Positions 1 to 8,457 of a stretch of 32,000 bases of DNA are shown piece by piece. The position numbers and the translations under genes were made by a program. The stretch is taken from positions 3,870,001 through 3,902,000 of the forward strand of contig NC_010814.1 of the NCBI RefSeq assembly GCF_000020385.1. Reading direction: 5' to 3'. Under the pieces are notes generated by a model that worked only from the letters and a program-made list of their open reading frames with translations, was not told the DNA's origin and did not search any database. Position 1 is the first letter of the stretch. Each line of letters opens with the position of its first letter. The stretch comes from Trichlorobacter lovleyi SZ (GTDB taxonomy: Bacteria; Desulfobacterota; Desulfuromonadia; Geobacterales; Pseudopelobacteraceae).

Positions 1-660
1 GACCTGATCATTCCCCGCGGCGGTGAAAGCCTGATTCGCTTTGTGGTTGAAAATTCTCGCATTCCGGTCATCAAGCATTACAAGGGGGTCTGCCACCTGT
101 TTGTGGATGCCTCGGCTGATTTTGAGATGGCCACCCGGATCATCATCAACGCCAAGACCCAGCGCCCCGGCGTCTGCAACGCCCTGGAAACACTCTTGAT
201 TCACAAAGATGTGGCGGCCACCTTCATTCCGCCCTTTGCCAAGTCCCTTGGTGAGCTGCAGGTTGAACTGCGGGGAGATGAGGAGTTTCGGAAGTATGCA
301 CCAGCGGCAAAGGTCGCCACTGAAGAGGATTGGGCTGCCGAGTATCTTGAGCTGATCCTGGCCTGCAAGGTAGTGGACGATATGGATGCGGCCATTGACC
401 ATATCAATCAGTACGGCTCACTGCACAGCGAGGTGATTGTGACTCGTGATTATGCCAATGCCCAGCGTTTTATCCGCGAGGTCAACTCCTCCTGCGTGCT
501 GGTCAACGCCTCCACCCGTTTTAACGACGGCGGCCAGCTGGGGTTGGGGGCCGAGATCGGCATCTCCACCACCAAGCTGCATTCTTTTGGTCCGATGGGG
601 CTGGAGGATCTGACCACCACCAAGTTTATTGTGTACGGGGACGGACAGGTCAGGGCCTAA
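1..660 (+). CDS. proA: gamma-glutamyl phosphate reductase, C-terminal part (5' end lies upstream of the window)
   Basis: Frame 1 is open from nt 1 to TAA at 658-660. The translation ([75 protein letters not shown]) carries the catalytic-Cys block and C-terminal signature I recognise from ProA. Confidence 0.9.
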   Translation, partial: DLIIPRGGESLIRFVVENSRIPVIKHYKGVCHLFVDASADFEMATRIIINAKTQRPGVCNALETLLIHKDVAATFIPPFAKSLGELQVELRGDEEFRKYAPAAKVATEEDWAAEYLELILACKVVDDMDAAIDHINQYGSLHSEVIVTRDYANAQRFIREVNSSCVLVNASTRFNDGGQLGLGAEIGISTTKLHSFGPMGLEDLTTTKFIVYGDGQVRA

Positions 661-677
661 ACCAGAAAAGGTCATCA

Positions 678-808
678 GCCGCAAAAGAACGCAAAGAAAC
701 GAAAGAAAAACGTACGGTTAAAAATATTGACCCAAACACTATGCAGAGCGGATTTAGGCCGCTTCGAACAGGTTGAAGTTCTTTGTGATCCTTGCACTCT
801 TTAGCGGC
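678..808. repeat. REP/MITE-like intergenic element with imperfect 28-nt inverted arms
   Basis: Arm 678-705 is GCCGCAAAAGAACGCAAAGAAACGAAAG. The reverse complement of 781-808 is GCCGCTAAAGAGTGCAAGGATCACAAAG. They match at 20/28 positions by hand alignment and flank a 75-nt AT-rich core. The element lies between the convergent stops of proA (660) and the oxidoreductase (819). Confidence 0.4.
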
Positions 809-818
809 CAGCGGTTTG

Positions 819-2393
819 TCAGTTTAACTGTTCCGCAATCTTATCCGCCACCCGCACCCCATCCAGGGCTGCCGACATGATCCCCCCCGCATAACCGGCC
901 CCTTCGCCGCAGGGATATAGTCCCTGCAGCGTGGGGGACTGGCAATCTTCATTCCGCAGAAGGCGCAACGGGGCCGAGGTGCGGGTCTCCACTCCGGTTA
1001 AGGTTGCTTCCCGCGTCACAAACCCCTTCATCTTACGCTCAAATGAGACAATCCCCTCCCGCAGGGTAGTCGCCACATACTCCGGCAGCAGGGTTGCCAG
1101 ATCAGCCTCTACCACTCCGGGACGGTAACTTGAGCAATATCCTCCGGTGCCCTGACCGATAAAGGCCAGCAGGTTCTGGGCCGGGGCATGGTAGTTGCTG
1201 CCACCTGCCACAAAGGCTGCGCGTTCCCACTGTTGTTGAAAACGGACCCCGGCCAGCGGGTCTTTACCGTCAAAATCCTCCGGCCTGACATTGACCACTA
1301 AAGCACTGTTGGCACGACCGGAATCCCGTCCCAGGTTGCTCATACCGTTGACTGCTACCATCTCTGCCTCTGAAGAACTGGCAACCAGCAGGCCGCCCGG
1401 GCACATGCAGAAGGAGTAACAGCTGCGTCGGGTCAGGTCGTTATTGTAGGTCAGGGCATAGTCGGCCCTGGGCAGGGCCGGGTGGGGCTTGCCATACTGA
1501 ATCCGGTCGATCAGCTCCTGGGGATGCTCTACCCGCAGGCCGATGGCAAACGGCTTGGGCTCCATCACCAGCTTCTGGCGGGACAGCATGGCATAGGTAT
1601 CTCTGGCACTGTGGCCAACGGCCAGCACCAGATGTCTGCAGGCAAGCTCATCCCTCTGGTTGCTGCGTACGGCTCTGAGCTGGCCGTTGCTGCAGACCAG
1701 CCCGGTCAGGCAGGTGGAAAAACGCAGATCAGCGCCGTTTTCCAGCAGACCGGCTCGCAGGGCGGACACGACACGACGCAGCCGGTCCGTGCCGACGTGA
1801 GGCTTGGCCTGGTAGCGGATCTCCGGCGGTGCGCCAAAACGGATCAACTGATCCAGCACCCAGCCGGTGTTGGGATCACGCAGGCGACAGGTCAGTTTAC
1901 CGTCTGAAAAGGTACCGGCGCCGCCTTCTCCAAACTGGACATTACTTTCTGTATCAAGCTGACCATCCCGCCAGAAGCGGGCCACATCCTTAACCCGCTC
2001 TTCAACCGGTTTACCCCGTTCAAGGATGGTTACAGCGATACCGTAGGCAGCCAGACGCAGGGCGCAGAACAGCCCGGCCGGCCCCATACCGATAATCACT
2101 ACCGGTTCCGTACTGTTGCGCCTGCTGAACAGCTGCGGAGTCTCAACCTGAAGCTGCTCAAGGTTGGGCATACCACGATGCATTTTCCAGAAGCCGGTCT
2201 CATCGGCCACACTGAAACTGACGGTATAGACCAGCAGCACCCGGGGCTTTTTACGGGCATCAATCCCTTTGCGCAGGATGCGGAATTGCAGCAAGGCTGC
2301 AGCAGTAAGTCCGAAACAGCGGGCTGCAAGGACTGCAAGACGTCCTTCATCCTCGCCTGGTTGCAGGGTGAGATTACGTAACAAAAAGGGCAT
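819..2393 (-). CDS. FAD-dependent oxidoreductase (COG2509-like uncharacterised dehydrogenase)
   Basis: 524-aa ORF. It has the Rossmann motif VVIIGMGPAGLFCALRLAAYG..ILERG and the C-terminal LYPCGEGAGYAGGIMSAALDG block typical of this family. ATG at 2393-2391 lies 5 nt downstream of the preceding gene's stop. Confidence 0.75.
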   Translation of the reverse strand: MPFLLRNLTLQPGEDEGRLAVLAARCFGLTAAALLQFRILRKGIDARKKPRVLLVYTVSFSVADETGFWKMHRGMPNLEQLQVETPQLFSRRNSTEPVVIIGMGPAGLFCALRLAAYGIAVTILERGKPVEERVKDVARFWRDGQLDTESNVQFGEGGAGTFSDGKLTCRLRDPNTGWVLDQLIRFGAPPEIRYQAKPHVGTDRLRRVVSALRAGLLENGADLRFSTCLTGLVCSNGQLRAVRSNQRDELACRHLVLAVGHSARDTYAMLSRQKLVMEPKPFAIGLRVEHPQELIDRIQYGKPHPALPRADYALTYNNDLTRRSCYSFCMCPGGLLVASSSEAEMVAVNGMSNLGRDSGRANSALVVNVRPEDFDGKDPLAGVRFQQQWERAAFVAGGSNYHAPAQNLLAFIGQGTGGYCSSYRPGVVEADLATLLPEYVATTLREGIVSFERKMKGFVTREATLTGVETRTSAPLRLLRNEDCQSPTLQGLYPCGEGAGYAGGIMSAALDGVRVADKIAEQLN

Positions 2394-2398
2394 ACTAA

Positions 2399-2803
2399 TC
2401 AGTGGGGATCCGGCTGGAGCTTGGTGCGTTCGATCAGTTGTTCAACCAGAATCACGATGTCCAGCGGCGCAGTTGATTTGGGGATATGAAAGCGGGCCCC
2501 CATTTCGGGGGTCTCATGTTCGTGAGGCCCTTCCTGAAACATGGAGGTCAGCAGGATGATGACCGGTTGCCGCTCTCCAGCCAGCCGGGCAATCTCCATG
2601 CAGGTGCTGACCCCGCCCATACGGGGCATGACCAAGTCGGAGATGACCACCTCAGGGAGCTGCTCCAGATAGAGTTTGACCCCTTCAATGCCGTCGTTAG
2701 CCGTGTACACGGAAAAGCCGGCCTCCCTGAAGGCATCCGATAAAATCCGCTGAAAAAAAGGATCATCATCGATAATCGCTATTTTAGTGCCTGCTTCTGT
2801 CAT
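2399..2803 (-). CDS. single-domain response regulator (CheY-like receiver)
   Basis: 134 aa. Receiver signatures are IAIIDDDP, the phospho-acceptor context VVISDLVMPRMGG, and a conserved Lys region (HIPKS). Confidence 0.85.
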   Translation of the reverse strand: MTEAGTKIAIIDDDPFFQRILSDAFREAGFSVYTANDGIEGVKLYLEQLPEVVISDLVMPRMGGVSTCMEIARLAGERQPVIILLTSMFQEGPHEHETPEMGARFHIPKSTAPLDIVILVEQLIERTKLQPDPH

Positions 2804-2809
2804 GACTCC

Positions 2810-4009
2810 TCAGCTGCGTCCCGATTTCTGTTCGCGAGGGATGGTGACCAGAAAGGTCGTACCGCTTTCTGAGGTCTGCTCAACCGTGACATCTCCATGG
2901 TACAGGCGTGCAATACGCCGCGCCACCGGCAGACCGATCCCGGTACCGCGGCTTTTGGTTGAAAAAAACGGCTTGAAGATTGACTCAAGATGATCACTTG
3001 CAATGCCGCCGCCATTATCTGCAACACGTATCGCAATCAGTCCTTCCGGGCAGTCGATCCGGATTGACAACTCTCCGCCTTGCGGCAGTTCTTCAACCGC
3101 ATTCATCAGCAGGTTGGTAACTATCTGCTCCAATTCAGTCCGGTCAGCCTTGATCGGCGGGACCGGTTCAGCACAGGTAAAGCTGACCTGAATCTGGCGT
3201 GCATCAATCTGGGGAGAAAAAATATCCAGCGCATCCTTGACGACCTGATCCAGCCGGATATCATCCACCACCAGCCTGCTGCGGTTGGCAGCATCCACCA
3301 GCTTGCGGATAATACCGTCAATCCGGTCCACCTCTTTCAGGATCTTGCCAAGGTAGTCGCCGATCTCCACCTCCTCCACCCCCTGCCCGAGCAGCTGGGT
3401 GAACAGCGAAATGGAGTTGAGCGGATTACGGATCTCATGGGCCATACCGGCAGCCAGATACCCCAGGGCGGCCAACTTCTCTGTCTGTGCTATCTCCGAC
3501 TGAGCCCGGTGCAACGCCTCGGTCCGCTCCTGCACCCTGGTCTGCAGTTCACGGTTCCAGGTTTCAATCTCCAGCAGCAGATGTTCCCGTTCTGCCTGCA
3601 GGGCCTGGTTCGCCAGCTCAATCTCCCGCAATTTGAGGACTGCATCCACCCGGTCCGGCAGAATACGTGCATCAAACGGCTTCAGCAGATACTCTGACGC
3701 CCCGGCCTTCATCAGTTCTACGGCCAGCTCTTCATTTCCTCTGCCGGTTGCCATGATGACATAGCTGGCTGGATGGTGGGTCTTGATTTCCTGCAGCACG
3801 GACAAACCATCACGGTCCGGCAACTGGTAGTCCATCAGGACCAGTTCAGGTTTGTGGACGGCCACCTGTGCCAGCCCCTCGGCAGCGTTACCGGCAGTGA
3901 GAACATGATAGCCCCGGCGAAACAGCATAGCAGCAAGCAGGCCTTGAATTGCAGGATCGTCATCAACCACCAGAACCGTTGCCAACGCCGCTGGATCAGC
4001 AGGGTGCAT
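2810..4009 (-). CDS. hybrid sensor protein: N-terminal receiver + coiled coil + HisKA + HATPase_c
   Basis: Receiver motifs VLVVDDDP and LVLMDYQLPDRDG. H-box GMAHEIRNPLNSI, N-box LLMNAVEE, G-boxes DNGGGI and GTGIGL. Start taken at ATG 4009-4007; the ORF track's upstream start at 4027 is a TTG alternative. Confidence 0.85.
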   Translation of the reverse strand: MHPADPAALATVLVVDDDPAIQGLLAAMLFRRGYHVLTAGNAAEGLAQVAVHKPELVLMDYQLPDRDGLSVLQEIKTHHPASYVIMATGRGNEELAVELMKAGASEYLLKPFDARILPDRVDAVLKLREIELANQALQAEREHLLLEIETWNRELQTRVQERTEALHRAQSEIAQTEKLAALGYLAAGMAHEIRNPLNSISLFTQLLGQGVEEVEIGDYLGKILKEVDRIDGIIRKLVDAANRSRLVVDDIRLDQVVKDALDIFSPQIDARQIQVSFTCAEPVPPIKADRTELEQIVTNLLMNAVEELPQGGELSIRIDCPEGLIAIRVADNGGGIASDHLESIFKPFFSTKSRGTGIGLPVARRIARLYHGDVTVEQTSESGTTFLVTIPREQKSGRS

Positions 4010-4036
4010 GAATGTACCGCTCGTCAACGCAAGCCA

Positions 4037-4492
4037 TCAGGGAGTGGCAACGGGAAGGCGAATGGTCATGACCGGGCAGGGAGCACTGCGCACGACCCGC
4101 TCTGCAGTGCTGCCAAAGATCAGGTGATCCAGGCCGGTCCTGCCATGGGTACCGATTATGATCAGCGAAATATCCTCTTCAGCGGCAACCCGCATGATTT
4201 CCTCATACGGCACACCAGTAGCCACCAATGTCTCAAAATTACTGAATTCTTTAATATTCTCCTGACAGAAACTGTCAAGCATCTTGGCTGCTCCGGTTTC
4301 AATCTCTTTTTCCAGCTGCTCAAAAGAGATATGAGGTACATAAAAGCCGCGCAGATCGACCGGCTCATTGATAACGTGCAGCACCAGCAGTGACGAGTTG
4401 AAGGTCTGGGCCAGAGTCAGGGCATACTCGCAGGCGACCTCGGAGTAGTCAGAAAAATCAGTTGCCAGCAGGATCTTTTCAAAGCGTTTCAT
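4037..4492 (-). CDS. universal stress protein (UspA family)
   Basis: 151 aa. It has ILLATDFSDYS and the ATP-binding type motif GTHGRTGLDHLIFGSTAERVVRSAPCPV. Its ATG shares one nucleotide with the upstream gene's TGA (TGATG at 4494-4490). Confidence 0.85.
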   Translation of the reverse strand: MKRFEKILLATDFSDYSEVACEYALTLAQTFNSSLLVLHVINEPVDLRGFYVPHISFEQLEKEIETGAAKMLDSFCQENIKEFSNFETLVATGVPYEEIMRVAAEEDISLIIIGTHGRTGLDHLIFGSTAERVVRSAPCPVMTIRLPVATP

Positions 4493-4887
4493 CAGTGGTT
4501 CTCCTCTCGCTTGGCAGATGCCGGGAACATCTTGCCCATAACCTTGCGCAATTCTTCTAATCTGAGCGGCTTGTTCAAATATTCAAAGGCACCCAGATTC
4601 AATGCTTCAAGATAGGATTCAACCTCGCCAAAGGCGGTAATCATAATCACATTGCTGGCGGGATACTCGCGGTTCAGCTCCCGCAGAAAACTCAGCCCGT
4701 TCATCTCCGGCATATTGAGGTCGGTAATGATCAGTTCAGCCGGATTATTCCGCAGGCTGCTCAGAGCCTCAAGTCCGTTAGCTGCGGTCTTGACCTCGTA
4801 TCCTTCACGGCTCAACAGGCGTGTCAGGGCGAGACGGGTATTTTCCTCGTCATCCACCACCAGAATTCTCTTGAGCTGCTCAGCCAC
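4492..4887 (-). CDS. single-domain response regulator (CheY-like receiver)
   Basis: 131 aa with ILVVDDEE, LIITDLNMPEMNG and YLNKP receiver signatures. Confidence 0.85.
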   Translation of the reverse strand: MAEQLKRILVVDDEENTRLALTRLLSREGYEVKTAANGLEALSSLRNNPAELIITDLNMPEMNGLSFLRELNREYPASNVIMITAFGEVESYLEALNLGAFEYLNKPLRLEELRKVMGKMFPASAKREENH

Positions 4888-4924
4888 ACCACACCCCGGC
4901 CAGAAAAATACCCGCTTTCAGGTA

Positions 4925-4952
4925 AGTCTAGCACGGAGTCGGACTCTGTCAA
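4925..4952 (-). promoter_or_regulatory. candidate sigma-70 promoter for the receiver/Usp/kinase operon
   Basis: The minus strand reads TTGACA (4952-4947), a 16-nt spacer, then TAGACT (4930-4925). This is about 40 nt upstream of ATG 4887. Pattern match only. Confidence 0.3.
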
Positions 4953-5011
4953 GACAGCCGGATTAACCTTTATTGATCTGCCATGGGGACCGACTCTGCA
5001 GACGGCCCCCG

Positions 5012-5848
5012 CTAACGGTGAAGCCCGTTGGCATCGAGTACGACGTAGGCCGGTTTACCCGGCGTTGCCTGCAGTTTCAGGGGGGTGCCGTTCAGTTCAA
5101 TATCAACACTGCCTGCGTCAGACAGGTCCAGGGCAATGGTACGGGCAGCCTTCCACTCGATCAGGTCGCCGCTGGTCAACTCATAGCCCTGTGATGCGGC
5201 ATCATCGATAATAACCGACAGGGAACTGTTCCGGTTGACCTTCATTCTGACCATGAAACCATCACGGGCTTTGGGGGCCGCCACGGGTTCCAGAGCAGGT
5301 TCCGTTGCGGCGTCTTGCGGAGCTGCGGTGTTTGCAGTTGCGGCAACGGTACTGGAGCGGACGGGTTGCACTGCGGCGGCAGGAATTGCCGGCTGCGGTA
5401 CCGCTGACGCCGGTTGAGGGGCGGGAGGTTTAGGCCGCTCCGGCGTTGAGGGGACCATGAAAACGGCAGAGACGATCACGGCAGTCAGCAGCACAGCCGG
5501 CAGAACCAGGCGTTGCCAGTGAAAACCACCCAGCGTCTGGACTACCTGATCGCTTTTTAACGGTTCTGCGTGAGCTGTCCCGGGCTGTTGGGCAGCCAAC
5601 TGGAGCAGTTCTTCGGCCTGTAAGCCAAGATAGGCCGCATAAGTTCTGAGAAACCCCTTCAGGTATGCCGGACTGGGAAGATCCTGGGGCCGGTTTTCCT
5701 CCAGGGCGCGCAGATAATTTTTACCGATCTTGGTGGCTTCCGCTGCCTCTTCAAGCGAAATACGGTTAAATTCACGGCAACGGCGAAGGATGGAACCCGC
5801 TGAATGCGCTTCCGGTTCGGTAATAGCTGTGTTCTGGTCAGTATCCAC
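5012..5848 (-). CDS. rodZ: RodZ-like cytoskeleton protein (XRE HTH + TM + DUF4115-like C-terminus)
   Basis: N-terminal HTH (LRRCREFNRISLEEAAEATKIGKNYLRALEEN), one hydrophobic span (LVLPAVLLTAVIVSAVFMV), a Pro/Ala-rich linker and a C-terminal beta-rich domain. It sits next to a pilW-like gene downstream of rlmN, as in the conserved gammaproteobacterial arrangement. Confidence 0.75.
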   Translation of the reverse strand: MDTDQNTAITEPEAHSAGSILRRCREFNRISLEEAAEATKIGKNYLRALEENRPQDLPSPAYLKGFLRTYAAYLGLQAEELLQLAAQQPGTAHAEPLKSDQVVQTLGGFHWQRLVLPAVLLTAVIVSAVFMVPSTPERPKPPAPQPASAVPQPAIPAAAVQPVRSSTVAATANTAAPQDAATEPALEPVAAPKARDGFMVRMKVNRNSSLSVIIDDAASQGYELTSGDLIEWKAARTIALDLSDAGSVDIELNGTPLKLQATPGKPAYVVLDANGLHR

Positions 5849-5859
5849 AGGAGGTTCTC

Positions 5860-6606
5860 CTACCTGAGCAGATCAATGTAACCGATAGCGGTGTGGCCAA
5901 TTTCCGAATCAGGGGCAATTCTGACCACTTCCTTGAAAGCTGCCCGGGCGGCAGCAAGCTGGCTTTGCTTCATCAACGCCAGGCCCAGCTGAAAATGTGC
6001 CTGGGCATAATCCGGGGCTATTTCGATGGCCCGCCGATATTCATCAGCAGCCTGTTGGGTCTTGCCCTGGGCAAACAGCACGCGGCCGATGGCTACCTTG
6101 ACAATTGGATTGCGCGGATCGGCAGAGCGGGCAGTATACAGCTCTTCCAGGGCAGCGCTGTAGTCACCCTTGCCAAGATAGGCCAACCCGAGATTGATCA
6201 GGGCATGGTCATGGCGGGGGTAAAACAGGTCATCTTTAACCGCACGGAACTGCTGGATGGCATTATCCCAGCGGCCGGTTTCAAGATAGAGGACCCCTAA
6301 ATCGTTGCGGGCCTCTGAGTATTTGGGACGCAGGGCCAGCGCCCGTAGGTAGCGCTGTTCCGCCAGGTCAAGACGCCGTTTACCGGTCAGGGCCCGTCCC
6401 AGATTATATTGTAGCTCTGCATTATCCGGATCCAGCTTTTCCGCTTCACTCAGATCGGTCAGAGCAGCGGTGTAGTTGCGTTCCTCAAGGAATGAGACCC
6501 CCATCTGGTAATGATACGAGGCGGGACGCCCGCTTGACGAAGTGGCGGCACACCCGGCCAGTGTGGATACAACCACCAGAGCTGTCAGCAGGGTTCCATA
6601 ATGCAT
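5860..6606 (-). CDS. TPR-repeat lipoprotein, PilW/PilF-like
   Basis: Signal peptide with lipobox LAGC (MHYGTLLTALVVVSTLAGCA), followed by repeated TPR units (A..Y..AL...P....A...LG). Confidence 0.7.
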   Translation of the reverse strand: MHYGTLLTALVVVSTLAGCAATSSSGRPASYHYQMGVSFLEERNYTAALTDLSEAEKLDPDNAELQYNLGRALTGKRRLDLAEQRYLRALALRPKYSEARNDLGVLYLETGRWDNAIQQFRAVKDDLFYPRHDHALINLGLAYLGKGDYSAALEELYTARSADPRNPIVKVAIGRVLFAQGKTQQAADEYRRAIEIAPDYAQAHFQLGLALMKQSQLAAARAAFKEVVRIAPDSEIGHTAIGYIDLLR

Positions 6607-6672
6607 GGCGACTCCTTGAAATGGTTAAATTACGTAACATGCTGTAAAAACTACCAGACATCAGTATGCCTG

Positions 6673-7590
6673 TCAATTAAACCCCAGATCCCGGAAACTG
6701 GTCAGCCCCTTGAAGCTGCGGTAGCGCGCCTCAATCTCCGGATAAGTCAAACGTTTCATCCGGTTCAGGCTGAAATCCTCCACATTGAAGGAGGCCATCA
6801 CCGAACCGAACACCAGGGCCTGGCGGATGCCGTCTTCCGAGAGATCACCGGTATTGGCCAGATACCCCATGAACCCGCCGGCAAAGGTATCACCGGCGCC
6901 GGTGGGATCAAAGACCTCTTCCAGGGGCCAGGCCGGGGCGGCAAAAACTGTCTCGGCGGTGAACATCAGCACGCCGTACTCGCCCCGTTTGACCACCAGA
7001 CGCTTGCAGCCCAGACTGATAATCTGACGGGCCGCCTTGACCAGATTGGCTTCACCGGTCAACATGCGGGCCTCCCCCTCGTTGATCACCACAATATCAA
7101 CCCGCTTCATCACCTCTTTCAACGCGTCAGGCTTGGAGGAAATCCAGAAGTTCATACTGTCGCAGGCGGTCAGGCGCGGCCTTTCCACCTGATCCAGCAC
7201 CTGCAGCTGCAGTTCGGGATCAATGTTGGCCAGAAAGAGCACATCGGTAGAGCGGTAGGCATCCGGCAGTTCCGGTTTGAAATCCAGCAGCACATTCAGC
7301 TGGGTATCCAGAGTCTGGGCCTCGTTCAGGTCGTAGCCGTACTTGCCGGACCAGTGAAAGGTCTTGCCCGGTATCCGCTGCAACCCCTGCAGGTCAATCT
7401 CCCGCGACTTGAGAAAACTGACATGCTCTTCAGGGAAGTCCTCACCCACCACCGCCACCAGCGAGACATCGCTGAAAAAACTGGCTGAAGTGGAAAAATA
7501 GGTGGCAGAGCCGCCCAGCACATTTTCGCCCTTGCCAAAGGGGGTCTCTACCGTATCAAAGGCAACCGTACCGACAACGACAATACCCAT
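6673..7590 (-). CDS. PfkB/ribokinase-family sugar or nucleoside kinase
   Basis: 305 aa with an N-terminal GG motif (NVLGGSATY) and the C-terminal DPTGAGDTFAGGF anion-hole motif of the PfkB family. Confidence 0.8.
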   Translation of the reverse strand: MGIVVVGTVAFDTVETPFGKGENVLGGSATYFSTSASFFSDVSLVAVVGEDFPEEHVSFLKSREIDLQGLQRIPGKTFHWSGKYGYDLNEAQTLDTQLNVLLDFKPELPDAYRSTDVLFLANIDPELQLQVLDQVERPRLTACDSMNFWISSKPDALKEVMKRVDIVVINEGEARMLTGEANLVKAARQIISLGCKRLVVKRGEYGVLMFTAETVFAAPAWPLEEVFDPTGAGDTFAGGFMGYLANTGDLSEDGIRQALVFGSVMASFNVEDFSLNRMKRLTYPEIEARYRSFKGLTSFRDLGFN

Positions 7591-7602
7591 GTCAAAAACT
7601 CC

Positions 7603-8457
7603 TTAAGGTAGATACTTGGAAACGATCGGGCCAAGTTTGGCAATGGTTTCAGCCGGTATTACGGCCCGGTCGGTTATAATCGCATACTGCAGGACAGAGC
7701 TGCAGCTGCAGTTCTGTTCAAGCACGCTGTCCTGCACTGCATGACGGATGATCTCTTTGGCCATGACCACGTTTTTATGCATGATCTCCAGGATCGCCTC
7801 CACCGTCACATCTTCATGGGTTTCGTGCCAGCAGTCATAATCAGTGGAAAGGGCGATTACACCGTAACAGATCTCTGCCTCACGGGCCAGCTTGGCCTCG
7901 GTCAGGTTGGTCATGCCGATGATATCCCCTCCAATACTGCGATACATGAAAGATTCTGCACGGGTGGAGAAGGCCGGGCCCTCCATGCAGATATAGGTAC
8001 CCCCCTTGTGCGTCACGGCACCGGCTGCCTGAGCTGCCCGGAACAGTTTATCAGACAGGCAGGCACAGGTTGGATCGGCAAAGCCGACATGGGCCACAAC
8101 CCCTTCCCCGAAAAAAGTCGCCTGACGACTTCCCCTGGTACGATCGATAAACTGATCAGGAATCACAATATGACCCGGTATGACCTCCTCTTTCAGGCTG
8201 CCCACGGCAGAAACCGAGATGATCCGCTGAACCCCCAGCTGCTTCATGCCATAGATGTTGGCCCGGTAATTGACTTCGGAGGGCAGCAGACGGTGTCCCC
8301 GGCCATGACGGGGGAGAAAGACCATCTTGACGCCATTCAGTACGCCGGTGATATAGGCATCCGAAGGCTGTCCAAAGGGGGTATCCAGCGTTATCTCTTC
8401 AATCTGTTGCAACCCTTCCATCTCATACAGACCGCTGCCGCCAATCACGCCAATCAT
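7603..8457 (-). CDS. mtnP: S-methyl-5'-thioadenosine phosphorylase
   Basis: IGVIGGSGLY N-terminus, FLPRHGRGH, RIISVSAVGSL and GMTNLTEAKLAREAEICY blocks typical of MTAP/PNP-family enzymes. Its ATG overlaps the upstream gene's stop as ATGA (8457-8454). Confidence 0.85.
   Translation of the reverse strand: MIGVIGGSGLYEMEGLQQIEEITLDTPFGQPSDAYITGVLNGVKMVFLPRHGRGHRLLPSEVNYRANIYGMKQLGVQRIISVSAVGSLKEEVIPGHIVIPDQFIDRTRGSRQATFFGEGVVAHVGFADPTCACLSDKLFRAAQAAGAVTHKGGTYICMEGPAFSTRAESFMYRSIGGDIIGMTNLTEAKLAREAEICYGVIALSTDYDCWHETHEDVTVEAILEIMHKNVVMAKEIIRHAVQDSVLEQNCSCSSVLQYAIITDRAVIPAETIAKLGPIVSKYLP

Noticed and set aside
1482-4393. Plus-strand ORFs 1482-1907, 3080-3697 and 3773-4393, antisense to the oxidoreductase, kinase and Usp genes.
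   Set aside because: They are shadow ORFs with no SD or motif support and lie fully inside well-supported minus-strand genes.
4940-5005. Two similar minus-strand words, CAGAGTCGGTCC and CAGAGTCCGACTCC, about 45 nt apart upstream of the receiver operon.
   Set aside because: They are imperfect and short, and one overlaps the candidate -35 region. Evidence is insufficient to call an operator.
5235-5460. Pro/Ala-rich low-complexity stretch with an open antisense frame inside rodZ.
   Set aside because: It is the expected disordered periplasmic linker of RodZ-like proteins, not a separate feature.
6607-6676. TTGACA-N17-TAGTTT on the minus strand upstream of the pilW-like gene, overlapping the PfkB stop.
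   Set aside because: The -35 is perfect but the -10 is poor (3/6). The gene may simply be co-transcribed with the upstream chain, so I did not list it as a feature.
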